Source of the DNA: Patescibacteria group bacterium
GTDB taxonomy: Bacteria > Patescibacteriota > Patescibacteriia > Veblenbacterales > UBA10138
Direction: 5' to 3'
Length of the DNA stretch: 64,000 bases
Assembly (NCBI GenBank): GCA_018817715.1
Contig: JAHITT010000006.1
Span: 139,147 to 203,146, forward strand
The notes under the pieces are model-generated. The model was not told the origin of the DNA, did no database searches, and saw nothing but the letters and a program-made list of their open reading frames with translations. The position numbers and the translations under genes are program-made. This document shows positions 1 to 10,030 of the stretch, one piece after another. How positions within the stretch are numbered: the first letter of the stretch is position 1; each line of letters opens with the position of its first letter.

Positions 1-157
1 CGCCCTCTTCGTTTGAAGTAGGAGGCAAAATTTTCTTACCACCGCTGGTAGTTGGAGTTCCAGCCACATCATTTAATAATTGATTGGCTGTTATAAGATT
101 GTTACTGGCCGCTTCCACCAGTTGTTTTATCAGCGTAATTTTATTTGTGCTCGGCAT
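1..157 (-). CDS. 5' part of a hypothetical protein (runs off the window edge)
   Basis: ATG at 157 (-) opens MPSTNKITLIKQLVEAASNNLITANQLLNDVAG... with no stop before the edge; AT-rich upstream region. Confidence 0.6.
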   Translation of the reverse strand, partial: MPSTNKITLIKQLVEAASNNLITANQLLNDVAGTPTTSGGKKILPPTSNEEG

Positions 158-329
158 ACTTTTGTTTCCTTTAGCAAACCTTTTTGGTTTAACTTTTTAA
201 GTTTTATTTTAAATAAGAACCTATAGCTAAATTATATAGCTATAACTTAAAGACAGTCAAACAAACAACAGCGGTTCCTGCTACCGCCCTGAACACAAAA
301 ATTATTCAGCTGTTTAAAAGTCTGCTAAC

Positions 330-2879
330 CTAAACAACTTCGGTGCTAGCCTTAACCCGATTAATTATTTCTTGTTCCACTTCCTGCCGCGGCTTACCAT
401 ATTTTTGTCGGGATTCTTCCTTTAAGCGATTAGCTATAGTTAAATCGGCGGGCGGTGGCGCTAAAGTTTTAAAATTAAAAGGCCTAGACGGTATATTGTT
501 TATTAACAACTTAGCGTAAGCATTATAAAGCTCCAAGTTAATTAAATCATAAGTGGTAAAAACCGGAGAAAATTCTTTAGCCAAAAACTCGGAGTCTTCC
601 ACACCCACCCTAAAACTAACAATGGTGCCAACGTTGCCAAAAACAGCATCGCGAATGGAAGTATCGTTATGTTTAACCAATTGGCCAATATATTGGTGCG
701 CGATTATTAAATTAAGGCGATATTTTCTAGCCTCAGATAAAATAGTGGCTATAGAATCAGTTATAAAATTTTGAAACTCGTCTATGTACAAATAAAAATC
801 CGGTCGCTGTTCTTTGGGCACATCGGTTCTAGATAAAGCGGCCATTAAAATTTTGCCCACCATAACCAACCCTAATAAATAAGCATTGGTATCGCCTAAT
901 TTACCTTTACTTAGTTTAACTAAAAGAATTTTTCTTTCATCCATTACTTGCCGTAAATTAAAAGCACTGGTTTGTTGGCCAATAATCGGCCTCATTAAAT
1001 CGTTAGCTACGAATTGTGTAAGTTTAGAAGTAATATAAGGCACCATATTGGCCAAAGCCGCTTCACCGCCGGCTTTTTGCGCTTCTTTTACCCAAAAATC
1101 ATAGACTACAGGGTTTTTTACTTTAGCTAATTTAGCTCGGCGATAATCGGCATCAGCTAACACTCGAGGTATTTCCATTAAAGTGGAACCAGATTCCGGA
1201 TCTTCCATAATAAGCAACATGGCGTTGCGCATGTACTGCTCAAACATCGGACCACCGGTTTGTTTAAGGTCGTAAAGCTTATCCAATATTTTAATCATTT
1301 CGTTAATAACAAAACTTTTTTGTTCCGGATATTTTGGGTCGTATTCCAAAAGATTCAAACCTTGTGGCCGCTCGCTATCAGTCGGGTCAAACAAAATAAC
1401 ATCTTTTAACCGGTGGGCTGGCAAACGGCCTAAAATAGCCTCTACCAAATCGCCATGTGGATCAATAACGCACAAACCTTCACCATTAGCCGCGTCTTGC
1501 ACTGCCATATTTTCAATTAAGACACTTTTGCCTGTACCGGATTTTCCACAAACATAAAAATGTCTGGCCCGATCCTCCCGACTTAATTTAATTTCCGTTT
1601 TTGTTCCCCGATATTCACTGGTGCCTAAAACCACACCATCGGCCAACATATTATTGGGCGGTGGGGCCTTACGCGAAGTTAACCAGCGTATATTGGGTGC
1701 TTCGCTATTAGGTAAAGGAAAATGATAAAGCGAAGTAAGCTCTTCGGTATTTAAAACCATTCTAAATCTGTTATCAAAAACCCGATGTATAAACTTATAA
1801 AGAAAACGATTTAAATTTAATGGCCGACGAGCTTTAAAACTATTACCATATTGATAAAAATTAAATTGGGCAAAAGAATTTACTAAACTATGTAAACCAC
1901 TCTCCGCTGTTTGGCGATTGGGCGCCGCTACCACTAAACGAATTACCACATCCAAACCGGCTTTAGCGGCTTTTTGTTCCAAACCTTTAACCATCTCCTC
2001 TTCCAGAGGTGACAGGCGATAATTTTCCTGACCGGTAACTTTAGCTTTATTTTTCTTTACGGTGCTAAAAAAATCACCCAAACCTTGAATAACCCGTAGT
2101 CCCCAACTTAAACCAGCCGCTTCCACTAAACTTTTACCTTGTTGCATTTGCGAAGCCAGCCACACACCGCGCCGACGCCAACTTTTATGAGCCGACCGAA
2201 CAACCAACTGCACAGCAGCCGCTGAATCAGCTGGTATTTTAGCTAAACCGTTAGTTAATCCGTTTAAAGTATCACTATCAAACTGTTTATAAGTTTTTAT
2301 GGGAAAAGCCGGCGAACGACTAAGCCTAAGGCGTGCTGCCGCAGTTACTCCGCGAGCAGAAAAAATATTATAGTCAGCAACTTCTTCCAAAATAGCATAA
2401 GGATAACTGGATTGAATTTGTTGTTCCAAAAAAATTCTTAATTTTTTAGGCACGGCCACATAAAAAGAAGTTAAACCGCCCTGATAAACCATTTCAAAAG
2501 ATAAATGGTCCCGTCCGCCCATAAACCAACGTTTTAATCTGGATTGTGGCTTTAAACCGCCTAAAGCCGACCACAGAACTTCGGCCACACCCATTTGATC
2601 CTCTATAGTTTCTGGAGTCTGGTTGGTTTTATGGTCCTTATCTGTTGGCGAGCCGATTTCTCTGGGTAACAAGACCAACAATAAAACCATATCTAAACTG
2701 GCTCGTAAGGCACTTAGTCTATTAAATAAAAAACGTAAAAAAAACAACAAAAACACTAAAGCCAAAATAATCCCCACCACTGGCCACAACCAAGAGGTTT
2801 CCTGGCTTAAATCGCTGGCTAAGGCATCGGCTAAATCAGAATTTCCCAAATGATATTGAAATAAAAAACCGACTAGCAT
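330..2879 (-). CDS. VirD4/TraG/HerA-like (TrwB-type) ATPase with N-terminal membrane anchor
   Basis: Walker A GKSGTGKS, IDPHGDL, Walker B LYIDEFQNF, SEARKY, AHQY; N-terminal hydrophobic helix. Confidence 0.85.
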   Translation of the reverse strand: MLVGFLFQYHLGNSDLADALASDLSQETSWLWPVVGIILALVFLLFFLRFLFNRLSALRASLDMVLLLVLLPREIGSPTDKDHKTNQTPETIEDQMGVAEVLWSALGGLKPQSRLKRWFMGGRDHLSFEMVYQGGLTSFYVAVPKKLRIFLEQQIQSSYPYAILEEVADYNIFSARGVTAAARLRLSRSPAFPIKTYKQFDSDTLNGLTNGLAKIPADSAAAVQLVVRSAHKSWRRRGVWLASQMQQGKSLVEAAGLSWGLRVIQGLGDFFSTVKKNKAKVTGQENYRLSPLEEEMVKGLEQKAAKAGLDVVIRLVVAAPNRQTAESGLHSLVNSFAQFNFYQYGNSFKARRPLNLNRFLYKFIHRVFDNRFRMVLNTEELTSLYHFPLPNSEAPNIRWLTSRKAPPPNNMLADGVVLGTSEYRGTKTEIKLSREDRARHFYVCGKSGTGKSVLIENMAVQDAANGEGLCVIDPHGDLVEAILGRLPAHRLKDVILFDPTDSERPQGLNLLEYDPKYPEQKSFVINEMIKILDKLYDLKQTGGPMFEQYMRNAMLLIMEDPESGSTLMEIPRVLADADYRRAKLAKVKNPVVYDFWVKEAQKAGGEAALANMVPYITSKLTQFVANDLMRPIIGQQTSAFNLRQVMDERKILLVKLSKGKLGDTNAYLLGLVMVGKILMAALSRTDVPKEQRPDFYLYIDEFQNFITDSIATILSEARKYRLNLIIAHQYIGQLVKHNDTSIRDAVFGNVGTIVSFRVGVEDSEFLAKEFSPVFTTYDLINLELYNAYAKLLINNIPSRPFNFKTLAPPPADLTIANRLKEESRQKYGKPRQEVEQEIINRVKASTEVV

Positions 2880-2882
2880 AAA

Positions 2883-3341
2883 CTAATGCAATTTTAAAAT
2901 TTTATCTGCTTTAATTTTAGCAGTTTGCTCTAAAAAATATTTATTAACGCCCGGTATAACCGACAACCACTGGCGAATTATTTTTATAATCTGACTTAAA
3001 CTTATTTTAACTTTCCGCATAAGTCGGCTTATTTTTTTAGCAGCTATTTCTCCGGCTTTTTTAAATTCCTGTTGTTTATCCGGACTTAAACTTAAATAAA
3101 CATCGGCCAAATCTTCTTCCAAAACATTTTCTACTTTTTTTTCAAAAGATGTTAAATCTGTAGGCTTAACCGAACCTAAACCATCTGCCGGAGTTGGTTT
3201 TAAAACCACGCCACCCACTATTTCAGCCTGGTCTGGTTTTTCGGCTTTTTTAACCAAAGGATCCATTTCCGGTTTAACCGGCTGCTCGGGTAGAGTATCG
3301 GGTCGTAAAATTTTATGCTCTGTCTTTATAATTTCAGGCAT
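2883..3341 (-). CDS. Hypothetical protein co-transcribed with the VirD4-like ATPase
   Basis: 152-aa ORF ending 3 nt before the ATPase start; helical C-terminal part (IPGVNKYFLEQTAKIKADKI). Confidence 0.7.
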   Translation of the reverse strand: MPEIIKTEHKILRPDTLPEQPVKPEMDPLVKKAEKPDQAEIVGGVVLKPTPADGLGSVKPTDLTSFEKKVENVLEEDLADVYLSLSPDKQQEFKKAGEIAAKKISRLMRKVKISLSQIIKIIRQWLSVIPGVNKYFLEQTAKIKADKILKLH

Positions 3342-3416
3342 AGATGGTCTAACTATACCACTTTTCTAGCCAACTAACAATAAAAACTGATATACTATCT
3401 TAAGTATTTAAAATAT

Positions 3417-5117
3417 ATGCAAAATTTGTTCACTGACGTTAGCTTTATTGTTATTGGTGCCTCAGTTTTAGGTTTACTGGCCCACTTTATTAAACAACCA
3501 GCTATTTTAGCTTATGTGGCTGTAGGTATTATACTGGGTCCTTTTGGTTTTGAGCTTATTAAAGAGCCTGAATTCATACATACTCTATCTACCTTTGGCA
3601 TTGCCCTATTGCTTTTTATGGTCGGTTTAGAATTGGATTTAAGAAAACTGGGGGAAATTGGCAAAGTATCTTTATTCTTAGGCGTGGGCCAGGTTTTATT
3701 CACAGCGGCCATTGGCTTTTTTTTAGCCACCTTATTCGGCAACGGCCTTATTCCTTCAGCCTACATAGCAGTAGCTTTAACTTTTTCCAGCACCATAATA
3801 ATCGTTAAATTGTTATCGGAAAAAAAAGCGGTTGATTCTTTATACGGCCGTATAGCCATTGGTATGCTTTTGGTACAAGATGTTATGGCTATTATTGCTT
3901 TAATTATTTTGTCTGGCTTTAACAACGGCCAAGGGCCTTCTTTGGTAAATTTTATATTCATCGCTGGTAAGGGCCTAGCTTTGTTAGCTGTTGTTATGTT
4001 AGCCTATCGTTTTTTGGTAGAAAAATTATTCCGGTGGCTAGCGGGTTCGGGTGAGTTGTTACTGTTGTCGGGCATTGCCTGGTGTTTTGCCCTGGCTATC
4101 TTATCCGTTTGGTTGGGTTTTTCTGTGGAAATAGGCGCTTTTATTGCTGGCCTATCTTTAGCCTCCTTACCCTACCATTTAGAAATGGTCGGCCGGGTAC
4201 GCCCCTTGCGCGATTTTTTTATTACCATATTCTTTGTTGGTCTGGGCAGTCAATTAGTATTTAGCGCCGCCTCTTCGTTATGGCTTCCTATAATCGCCTT
4301 GTCTTTATTTGTACTCATAGGCAACCCCATTATTGTTATGGTTATTATGGGTTTAATGGGTTATCGCAAAAGAACCGCCTTTTTAGTTGGTTTAACAGTT
4401 GCCCAAATTAGTGAATTCTCTTTAATCTTAATGAGTCTGGGTGAAAAATTGGGCCATTTATCCATTGAACAAGTTTCTTTAGTAACCATTATTGGAGTAA
4501 TAACCATTACTCTGTCCTCTTATTTTATTACCTATGACGAAAAACTGTACCGCTTCTTAAAACCTATTTTGCGAATATTTGAAAAAAACAAAACTAACGA
4601 ACCTGTTGATTTATCAACCGGGCCTTTAACCAACCATACTGTGGTGTTTGGTTATCATCGTTTAGGCGAAAAAATCGTAGCCACCCTTAAAAAACTTAAC
4701 CAGGAAATTTTGGTTATAGATTTTGATCCTGAAGTTATAAAAAAAACAGCTCCTGAAAAAGTTAGTTTTATTTATGGCGATATGGCCGACTTGGATATTT
4801 TGGAAAAAGCCCGCATTGACCAGGCTAAAATGATAATTTCTACAGTACCCGATGTCAACGACAACCTGCTACTTATTAAAGATATGAAAAAACAGCAAGC
4901 TACAGCCCCGGTGTATTTAACAGCTAATAACTGGCCCGACACCAAAACTTTATACGAAGCAGGCGCCGATTATGTTATCTTTCCTCATCATTTATCCGGT
5001 GAACACTTTAGTTTAATGCTACAAAATCAACTGGTAAATAAAAATCGTTTTTTGGTAGATAAAACTAAACACTTAAAAGAACTGGAAATACATTACTCTG
5101 CCAGACAAAGAAACTAG
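3417..5117 (+). CDS. CPA2 (Kef-type) cation:proton antiporter with C-terminal TrkA-N/RCK domain
   Basis: Many TM helices, LLFMVGLEL, FSSTIIIVKLL, LLVQD, QISEFS; GYHRLG...YGD Rossmann-like RCK domain. Confidence 0.9.
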   Translation: MQNLFTDVSFIVIGASVLGLLAHFIKQPAILAYVAVGIILGPFGFELIKEPEFIHTLSTFGIALLLFMVGLELDLRKLGEIGKVSLFLGVGQVLFTAAIGFFLATLFGNGLIPSAYIAVALTFSSTIIIVKLLSEKKAVDSLYGRIAIGMLLVQDVMAIIALIILSGFNNGQGPSLVNFIFIAGKGLALLAVVMLAYRFLVEKLFRWLAGSGELLLLSGIAWCFALAILSVWLGFSVEIGAFIAGLSLASLPYHLEMVGRVRPLRDFFITIFFVGLGSQLVFSAASSLWLPIIALSLFVLIGNPIIVMVIMGLMGYRKRTAFLVGLTVAQISEFSLILMSLGEKLGHLSIEQVSLVTIIGVITITLSSYFITYDEKLYRFLKPILRIFEKNKTNEPVDLSTGPLTNHTVVFGYHRLGEKIVATLKKLNQEILVIDFDPEVIKKTAPEKVSFIYGDMADLDILEKARIDQAKMIISTVPDVNDNLLLIKDMKKQQATAPVYLTANNWPDTKTLYEAGADYVIFPHHLSGEHFSLMLQNQLVNKNRFLVDKTKHLKELEIHYSARQRN

Positions 5118-5200
5118 AATTAATCTATTTTTTGTTGTTGCGAGAATAACGACTTGTCCGCTGTAGCTTTTAGTCCTTCCGAAATTTTAATAAAATAAAT

Positions 5201-5240
5201 ACCGGACAATTCCATTACAGAATCGTCCGGTTTTGGTTTT
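5201..5240. terminator. Hairpin terminator between convergent genes
   Basis: ACCGGAC...GTCCGGT stem with flanking T/A runs. Confidence 0.55.
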
Positions 5241-5241
5241 A

Positions 5242-5667
5242 TTATTGAAATAATTTTAAAGCTAGGCCGCCGAAATAGATTAAGCCAAATAGCATAGTTA
5301 AACCGAATAATTTCGGGTGACGTTTTTTTAGATCCAGCCTGTGCTCGTCAGTATTATCACTATAAACCATTAGGCTTAATAAAAAGCCTATTAAGCAAAC
5401 AACCGCCACTAAAATATTCAATCCGACCCCAAAATTAATGCTATGTTGAATCGATGTTATTAAACCAATGGTAAAAGAAATAAAAGCCGCCACTAAATAA
5501 TTAATACCATTGGCTAACTTTTTTTCTTCATCTTTCATAACACCGGTTATGGCCGCAATTATACCAATCAGACAGAAACTGGTATGAGCAGCCACTTCCA
5601 CTGAACGAGCTAAGTAATACAAGAAAATAACAAGTATTACAACGAATATTAAATGAATTTTTTTCAT
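5242..5667 (-). CDS. Hypothetical membrane protein
   Basis: Several TM segments; ATG at 5667 preceded by GGAG. Confidence 0.65.
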   Translation of the reverse strand: MKKIHLIFVVILVIFLYYLARSVEVAAHTSFCLIGIIAAITGVMKDEEKKLANGINYLVAAFISFTIGLITSIQHSINFGVGLNILVAVVCLIGFLLSLMVYSDNTDEHRLDLKKRHPKLFGLTMLFGLIYFGGLALKLFQ

Positions 5668-5668
5668 T

Positions 5669-6139
5669 TTAGACTCCAAATTGATGATAAAAAATTACTA
5701 TTATAAATAAGATTAAATTACTAATAACCAATTTAATATTTTTTTCTGAATAATACAGTACAAATAATCTTGTCCCTATCAAAATTACTGAAAAGGATAA
5801 CAAAATTATAACTTTTAATTCACCTACCCCCGAGCTGTAAATAGCTACCTGAATCAAGCAAACCAAGCGGGCCAAAAGCGTAGTCAGTAAAAACTGGCTA
5901 AACATTTCGCCTAAACTACCATTTACCTCGGGTGCGTCTAATTTTTTTATTTTATCAGCATACCACAGCAACATATGTGGCACTAACAAAAAAACAAAAA
6001 AATCCAGCATCAATAACAATAAAAAAATCAATAACTCGTAACTGAAAATAAAACTCACCAATACTTGAGACAAAACAACATACAGTAAACAGACCGCCGG
6101 CACCAGCAACCTTTTATCTATTATTTTTTTAAATAACAT
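5669..6139 (-). CDS. Hypothetical membrane protein
   Basis: Several TM segments; ATG at 6139 preceded by GGAGAGGT. Confidence 0.65.
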   Translation of the reverse strand: MLFKKIIDKRLLVPAVCLLYVVLSQVLVSFIFSYELLIFLLLLMLDFFVFLLVPHMLLWYADKIKKLDAPEVNGSLGEMFSQFLLTTLLARLVCLIQVAIYSSGVGELKVIILLSFSVILIGTRLFVLYYSEKNIKLVISNLILFIIVIFYHQFGV

Positions 6140-6227
6140 TTTTACCTCTCCAATTGTTTTTATTAAACACATCTAAATACATCTAGACCGATTTGTCAAC
6201 TTAAGCGTAAAAAAGTAGAATTAAACT

Positions 6228-7604
6228 ATGTCTTTATATCTCTACAATACTTTAACCCGAAAAAAAACAGAATTTAAACCACTTACTAAAGGTAAGGTGG
6301 GTTTATATACTTGCGGACCGACAGTTTATGCACCAGCTCATATTGGTAATCTGCGTACTTATATTTTTGAAGATGTTCTAAAAAGAACTCTGTTATTTAA
6401 CGACTTCAAGGTAAAACACGTTATGAACATAACCGATGTTGGCCACCTAACTAGCGATGCCGACGATGGCGAAGACAAAATGGAAAAAGGCTCGCGCACC
6501 TCTGGCCAAACTGTCTGGCAATTAGCCGAACAATACACTAATCTTTTTAAACAAAATCTTAAAGACCTAAATATTTTAGAACCAACTATTTGGTGCCAGG
6601 CTACCGACCACATAAAAGAACAAATCCAGTTGATAAAACAATTAGAAGATAAAGGTTTTACTTATAAAACATCAGACGGCTTGTATTATGATACTAGTAA
6701 ATTTTCTCATTATCACGAATTAGCTCGTCTTAATTTATCTGGCCAAAAACAAGGCACCCGCCTAGTTATTAATAAAGAAAAAAAGAACCCGACTGATTTT
6801 GCCTTGTGGAAATTTTCATCCCAAAAACAACAAAGACAAATGGAGTGGCCCAGCCCTTGGGGAGTTGGGTTTCCGGGTTGGCATATTGAATGCTCGGCTA
6901 TGAGTATGAAGTATCTGGGTAAAACTTTTGATATCCACTGTGGTGGCATAGACCACATACCAGTCCACCACACTAATGAAATTGCCCAATCCCAAGCCGC
7001 GACTAATAAACCGCCGGCTAATTGGTGGCTGCATGGTGAATTTTTGGTAATTAATGAACAGCGTATGGGTAAATCTGAAGGCAACCTATTAACATTGACT
7101 ACTTTAATTGAACGGAATATTTCTCCCCTAGCTTATCGCTATTTTACTTATTCGGCTCATTATCGCAGTCAACTTAATTTATCGTTTACCGCCTTAGAAT
7201 CGGCTCAAAAAACCTTAAACAATCTACAAGCTAAAGTAGCTATGCTAAAAGGTAAACCGGCTGTCGGCTGTGCCGAGTTTGAAAAAAAATTCCAAGAGGC
7301 TGTAAATGATGATCTAAACATGCCCCAAGCACTGGCTATAGTTTGGCAAATGCTTAAAAGCGATTTACCGGATAAAGCCAAAAGAAAATCCATTAATTTG
7401 TTTGATACCATACTAGGTTTGGGCTTAAAAGACATAGAAACTATTAGCATTCCCAAACAAATAGACAAATTAATAGCTGAAAGAGAAACCGCTCGCCAAC
7501 AAAAAAATTGGCCTAGGGCCGATGATCTAAGAGAAGTTATAAAAAACCAAGGTTTTTACTTAGAAGATACCGAAGCTGGCCCCGTAGTTAAATTAAATAA
7601 ATAA
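6228..7604 (+). CDS. cysS: Cysteine--tRNA ligase
   Basis: [41 protein letters not shown] (KMSKS-like). Confidence 0.97.
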   Translation: MSLYLYNTLTRKKTEFKPLTKGKVGLYTCGPTVYAPAHIGNLRTYIFEDVLKRTLLFNDFKVKHVMNITDVGHLTSDADDGEDKMEKGSRTSGQTVWQLAEQYTNLFKQNLKDLNILEPTIWCQATDHIKEQIQLIKQLEDKGFTYKTSDGLYYDTSKFSHYHELARLNLSGQKQGTRLVINKEKKNPTDFALWKFSSQKQQRQMEWPSPWGVGFPGWHIECSAMSMKYLGKTFDIHCGGIDHIPVHHTNEIAQSQAATNKPPANWWLHGEFLVINEQRMGKSEGNLLTLTTLIERNISPLAYRYFTYSAHYRSQLNLSFTALESAQKTLNNLQAKVAMLKGKPAVGCAEFEKKFQEAVNDDLNMPQALAIVWQMLKSDLPDKAKRKSINLFDTILGLGLKDIETISIPKQIDKLIAERETARQQKNWPRADDLREVIKNQGFYLEDTEAGPVVKLNK

Positions 7605-7641
7605 AGAGCGGTTTTGTCTTATTTTTTAAGACCCGCTCTTT
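7603..7641. terminator. Bidirectional hairpin terminator after cysS
   Basis: AAAGAGCGG..GTCTTA/TAAGAC..CCGCTCTTT inverted repeat. Confidence 0.6.
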
Positions 7642-7646
7642 AATAT

Positions 7647-7760
7647 TTATTTGTTTTTGATTTTTTGGTCCATTTTATGAGACCAAGATAATAAGGCAAA
7701 AGGACCCACCAGACAAATAATAACCCAAGTAATATAAGACAATATTATAAATATAATCAT
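7647..7760 (-). CDS. Small single-TM protein (37 aa), below the ORF-track cutoff
   Basis: MIIFIILSYITWVIICLVGPFALLSWSHKMDQKIKNK; AAGGA upstream; TTGACA-17-TATTGT promoter at ~7910-7938; ends at a terminator. Confidence 0.5.
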   Translation of the reverse strand: MIIFIILSYITWVIICLVGPFALLSWSHKMDQKIKNK

Positions 7761-7970
7761 TTTATTTCCTTTTTGTTTTTGTTTTTAAAAAATTTTAGGA
7801 GAGTGCTTTTATGTTAGATTTTTGGTTGGCAAGTGGGTAAGGTGCGTCCCCAATAGAGTTTAGCACTCTCCTTTGTTTCCTCCTTCTTTTTGTTGGAGAA
7901 AGTTATAACACAATATATTTTTATTATTCATTTGTCAACCAGTCGACTTTATAGTTAGAATATAGGCCAT

Positions 7971-8990
7971 ATGGTAAATTTTTGGCAAAACCTGCCTAAA
8001 CCCTTTTTGGCTCTAGCGCCCATGGCCGGCGTAACCGACACGGCTTTTAGACAAATGTGTAAATTATACGGCGCTGATGTTATATATACCGAATTTGCCT
8101 CGGCCGATGCTTTAATTTACGAAAATAAAAAAACCAAGGAATTTTTATCGTTTACTGATTCGGAGCGACCAGTGGTTTGCCAAATTTTTGGCCGAGAACC
8201 TAACAAATTTTATAAAGCCGCCGCTATTTTAGAACAAATGGGCTTTGATGGTTTAGATATAAATTTCGGCTGTCCGGCCTATAAGGTAGTAAAAAACGGC
8301 GGCGGTGTTAGCCTGATGCGCAATTTAAAGCTTTACCAAGAAATTGTTCAAGCAACTTGTGAAGGCTCTAACTTACCAGTTTCTATAAAAATAAGAGCTA
8401 GTATAAAAAAAGGGCAAGACACTAAAGATAAAATAACCGCCGGCGGACAAGGAAACGACAGTGATTCTACAGCCTGCTTAAACAATTCCATAACAGCCGT
8501 AGATTTAGTTTCCCAAATTAAACACCTACCCGTTAGCGCCATAATGCTCCATGCCCGGTCTTTTGAACAACCTTTTGACGGACAACCCAAACTGGAAATT
8601 TTAGAGCAAGTTCGGCAAATTTGGCCGGGTTTATTAATTGCCAATGGCGGCCTAATAACACCAGAAATCGCCATAGAAACACTTAAACAAACTAAAGTAG
8701 ACGGCTTAGGAATAGCCCGAGGCGCTTGGGGTAAACCTTGGCTGTTCAAACAAATTAAAGATTATCTGGCAACTAATACCTACCATACCCCTCTGTGGCC
8801 AGAAATTAAACAAATTATGCTCCAACATGCTAAATTGGCCTTACAAACTAAAGGAGAGCACGGCTTAATTGAACTTAGAAAACATTTAAGCTGGTATGTT
8901 AAAGGCTTTACCAACGCCTCAGACATCCGCTCTCAATTAGTACAAATTAAAACCTTAGACGATGTTAAAAAAATTTTAAAGGCTAGTTAA
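7971..8990 (+). CDS. dusB: tRNA-dihydrouridine synthase (DusB-like)
   Basis: LAPMAGVTD, QIFG, DINFGCP, SIKIR, HAR, NGG, ARG, RKHLSWY. Confidence 0.9.
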   Translation: MVNFWQNLPKPFLALAPMAGVTDTAFRQMCKLYGADVIYTEFASADALIYENKKTKEFLSFTDSERPVVCQIFGREPNKFYKAAAILEQMGFDGLDINFGCPAYKVVKNGGGVSLMRNLKLYQEIVQATCEGSNLPVSIKIRASIKKGQDTKDKITAGGQGNDSDSTACLNNSITAVDLVSQIKHLPVSAIMLHARSFEQPFDGQPKLEILEQVRQIWPGLLIANGGLITPEIAIETLKQTKVDGLGIARGAWGKPWLFKQIKDYLATNTYHTPLWPEIKQIMLQHAKLALQTKGEHGLIELRKHLSWYVKGFTNASDIRSQLVQIKTLDDVKKILKAS

Positions 8991-9048
8991 TTTTAATATG
9001 AGTCTTTAATTTTTAAAACAATCTATTTTTACTCCCTTCTCTTTCTTT

Positions 9049-9086
9049 TGCGGGGAAAAGTGTCCACGTGGACACTTTTCCCCGCA
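9049..9086. repeat. 38-bp perfect palindrome
   Basis: TGCGGGGAAAAGTGTCCAC|GTGGACACTTTTCCCCGCA. Confidence 0.95.
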
Positions 9087-9143
9087 GGTATTTTTTTGTT
9101 AACTAAAAATATAACAACTAAAAGTTTACTACCTATTTTAATC

Positions 9144-9185
9144 AACAATAGTGAAATTCCGCGACCGCGGAATTTCACTATTGTT
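9144..9185. repeat. Perfect inverted repeat, 20-bp arms, 2-nt spacer
   Basis: AACAATAGTGAAATTCCGCG-AC-CGCGGAATTTCACTATTGTT. Confidence 0.95.
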
Positions 9186-9243
9186 ACAAAAATAAAAGCG
9201 TTCTTCTGTTTAATTATTCACAGAAAAACGCTTGGTTTAAAAT

Positions 9244-9642
9244 TTATTTTTTATTATATAACTTTAATTTCCAATCATAATAATACATTAATAATATTGA
9301 AAATAAAGTAATTCCTAGCCAAATCATTATTGGAGCGGCAAAATTGACATCTGAATTTATTGTCCAAATAATAATATGACTTATCACTATAACTGATAAC
9401 AAACTAAATAGTCTACTAACTGGATTTTTTATAACTTGGCTATATTTAAATTCTTCTTTAAGTAATCTATTATTAGTCTTTCTAAATACAAGAAGAAAAC
9501 AAAAAATCCACAAAGAATTAAACCAAACCTCCGCTATTTCTTTGGCTTCTACATTTTTAATAACGAACAATAAAGAAAAAATTATAGAAGAAAAATAAAC
9601 TAATTTTATAAAACCCGTTGAAAAACTTATACCCAGCGTCAT
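9244..9642 (-). CDS. Hypothetical membrane protein
   Basis: About 4 TM segments; GGAGG SD before ATG. Confidence 0.65.
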   Translation of the reverse strand: MTLGISFSTGFIKLVYFSSIIFSLLFVIKNVEAKEIAEVWFNSLWIFCFLLVFRKTNNRLLKEEFKYSQVIKNPVSRLFSLLSVIVISHIIIWTINSDVNFAAPIMIWLGITLFSILLMYYYDWKLKLYNKK

Positions 9643-9651
9643 TTTAGCCTC

Positions 9652-9903
9652 CTATAATAGATATTTCTTCAATAGATTAATAATTTCTTCTTTTTCTTCA
9701 TTACTACCTAGTAATGAAGAAATAAAATCAACCACGTAAGAATAAACTAAAATAGGTTCATAATAATTAAACAACTCAAATTGAACCTCATTTAAAACCT
9801 CTTCAGCTAAAGGATTATTAATAGCCAAAGTAGAAAGCTCCGAATTAAGTTCAACTATTTGGGTTTCGTGGCTAGCCACTAAATCATTTTTAAAAGAACT
9901 CAT
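9652..9903 (-). CDS. Hypothetical protein
   Basis: 83-aa acidic ORF, GGAGAG SD. Confidence 0.6.
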   Translation of the reverse strand: MSSFKNDLVASHETQIVELNSELSTLAINNPLAEEVLNEVQFELFNYYEPILVYSYVVDFISSLLGSNEEKEEIINLLKKYLL

Positions 9904-9985
9904 TTTCTCTCCGATTGTTGTTTATAATTTTTAATTGTTATTTTTATTTTAATAGATTATTCTAGTACATTTCTTTAAAAAAATC

Positions 9986-10022
9986 AAGCCCTTGGGGAAA
10001 TTATAATATTCCAAGGGCTTTT
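9986..10022 (-). terminator. Hairpin terminator
   Basis: AAGCCCTTGG...CCAAGGGCTT just downstream of the stop at 10031. Confidence 0.6.
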
Positions 10023-10030
10023 TAATATTT

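Noticed and set aside
7797-7872. Second CIRCE near dus
   Set aside because: The half-sites are in the wrong order and over 50 nt apart rather than 9; treated as an RNA helix instead
9048-9311. ORF 9048-9311 (+), and similarly 13129-13320 (-)
   Set aside because: They run through palindromic intergenic DNA, lack good starts and overlap real gene ends
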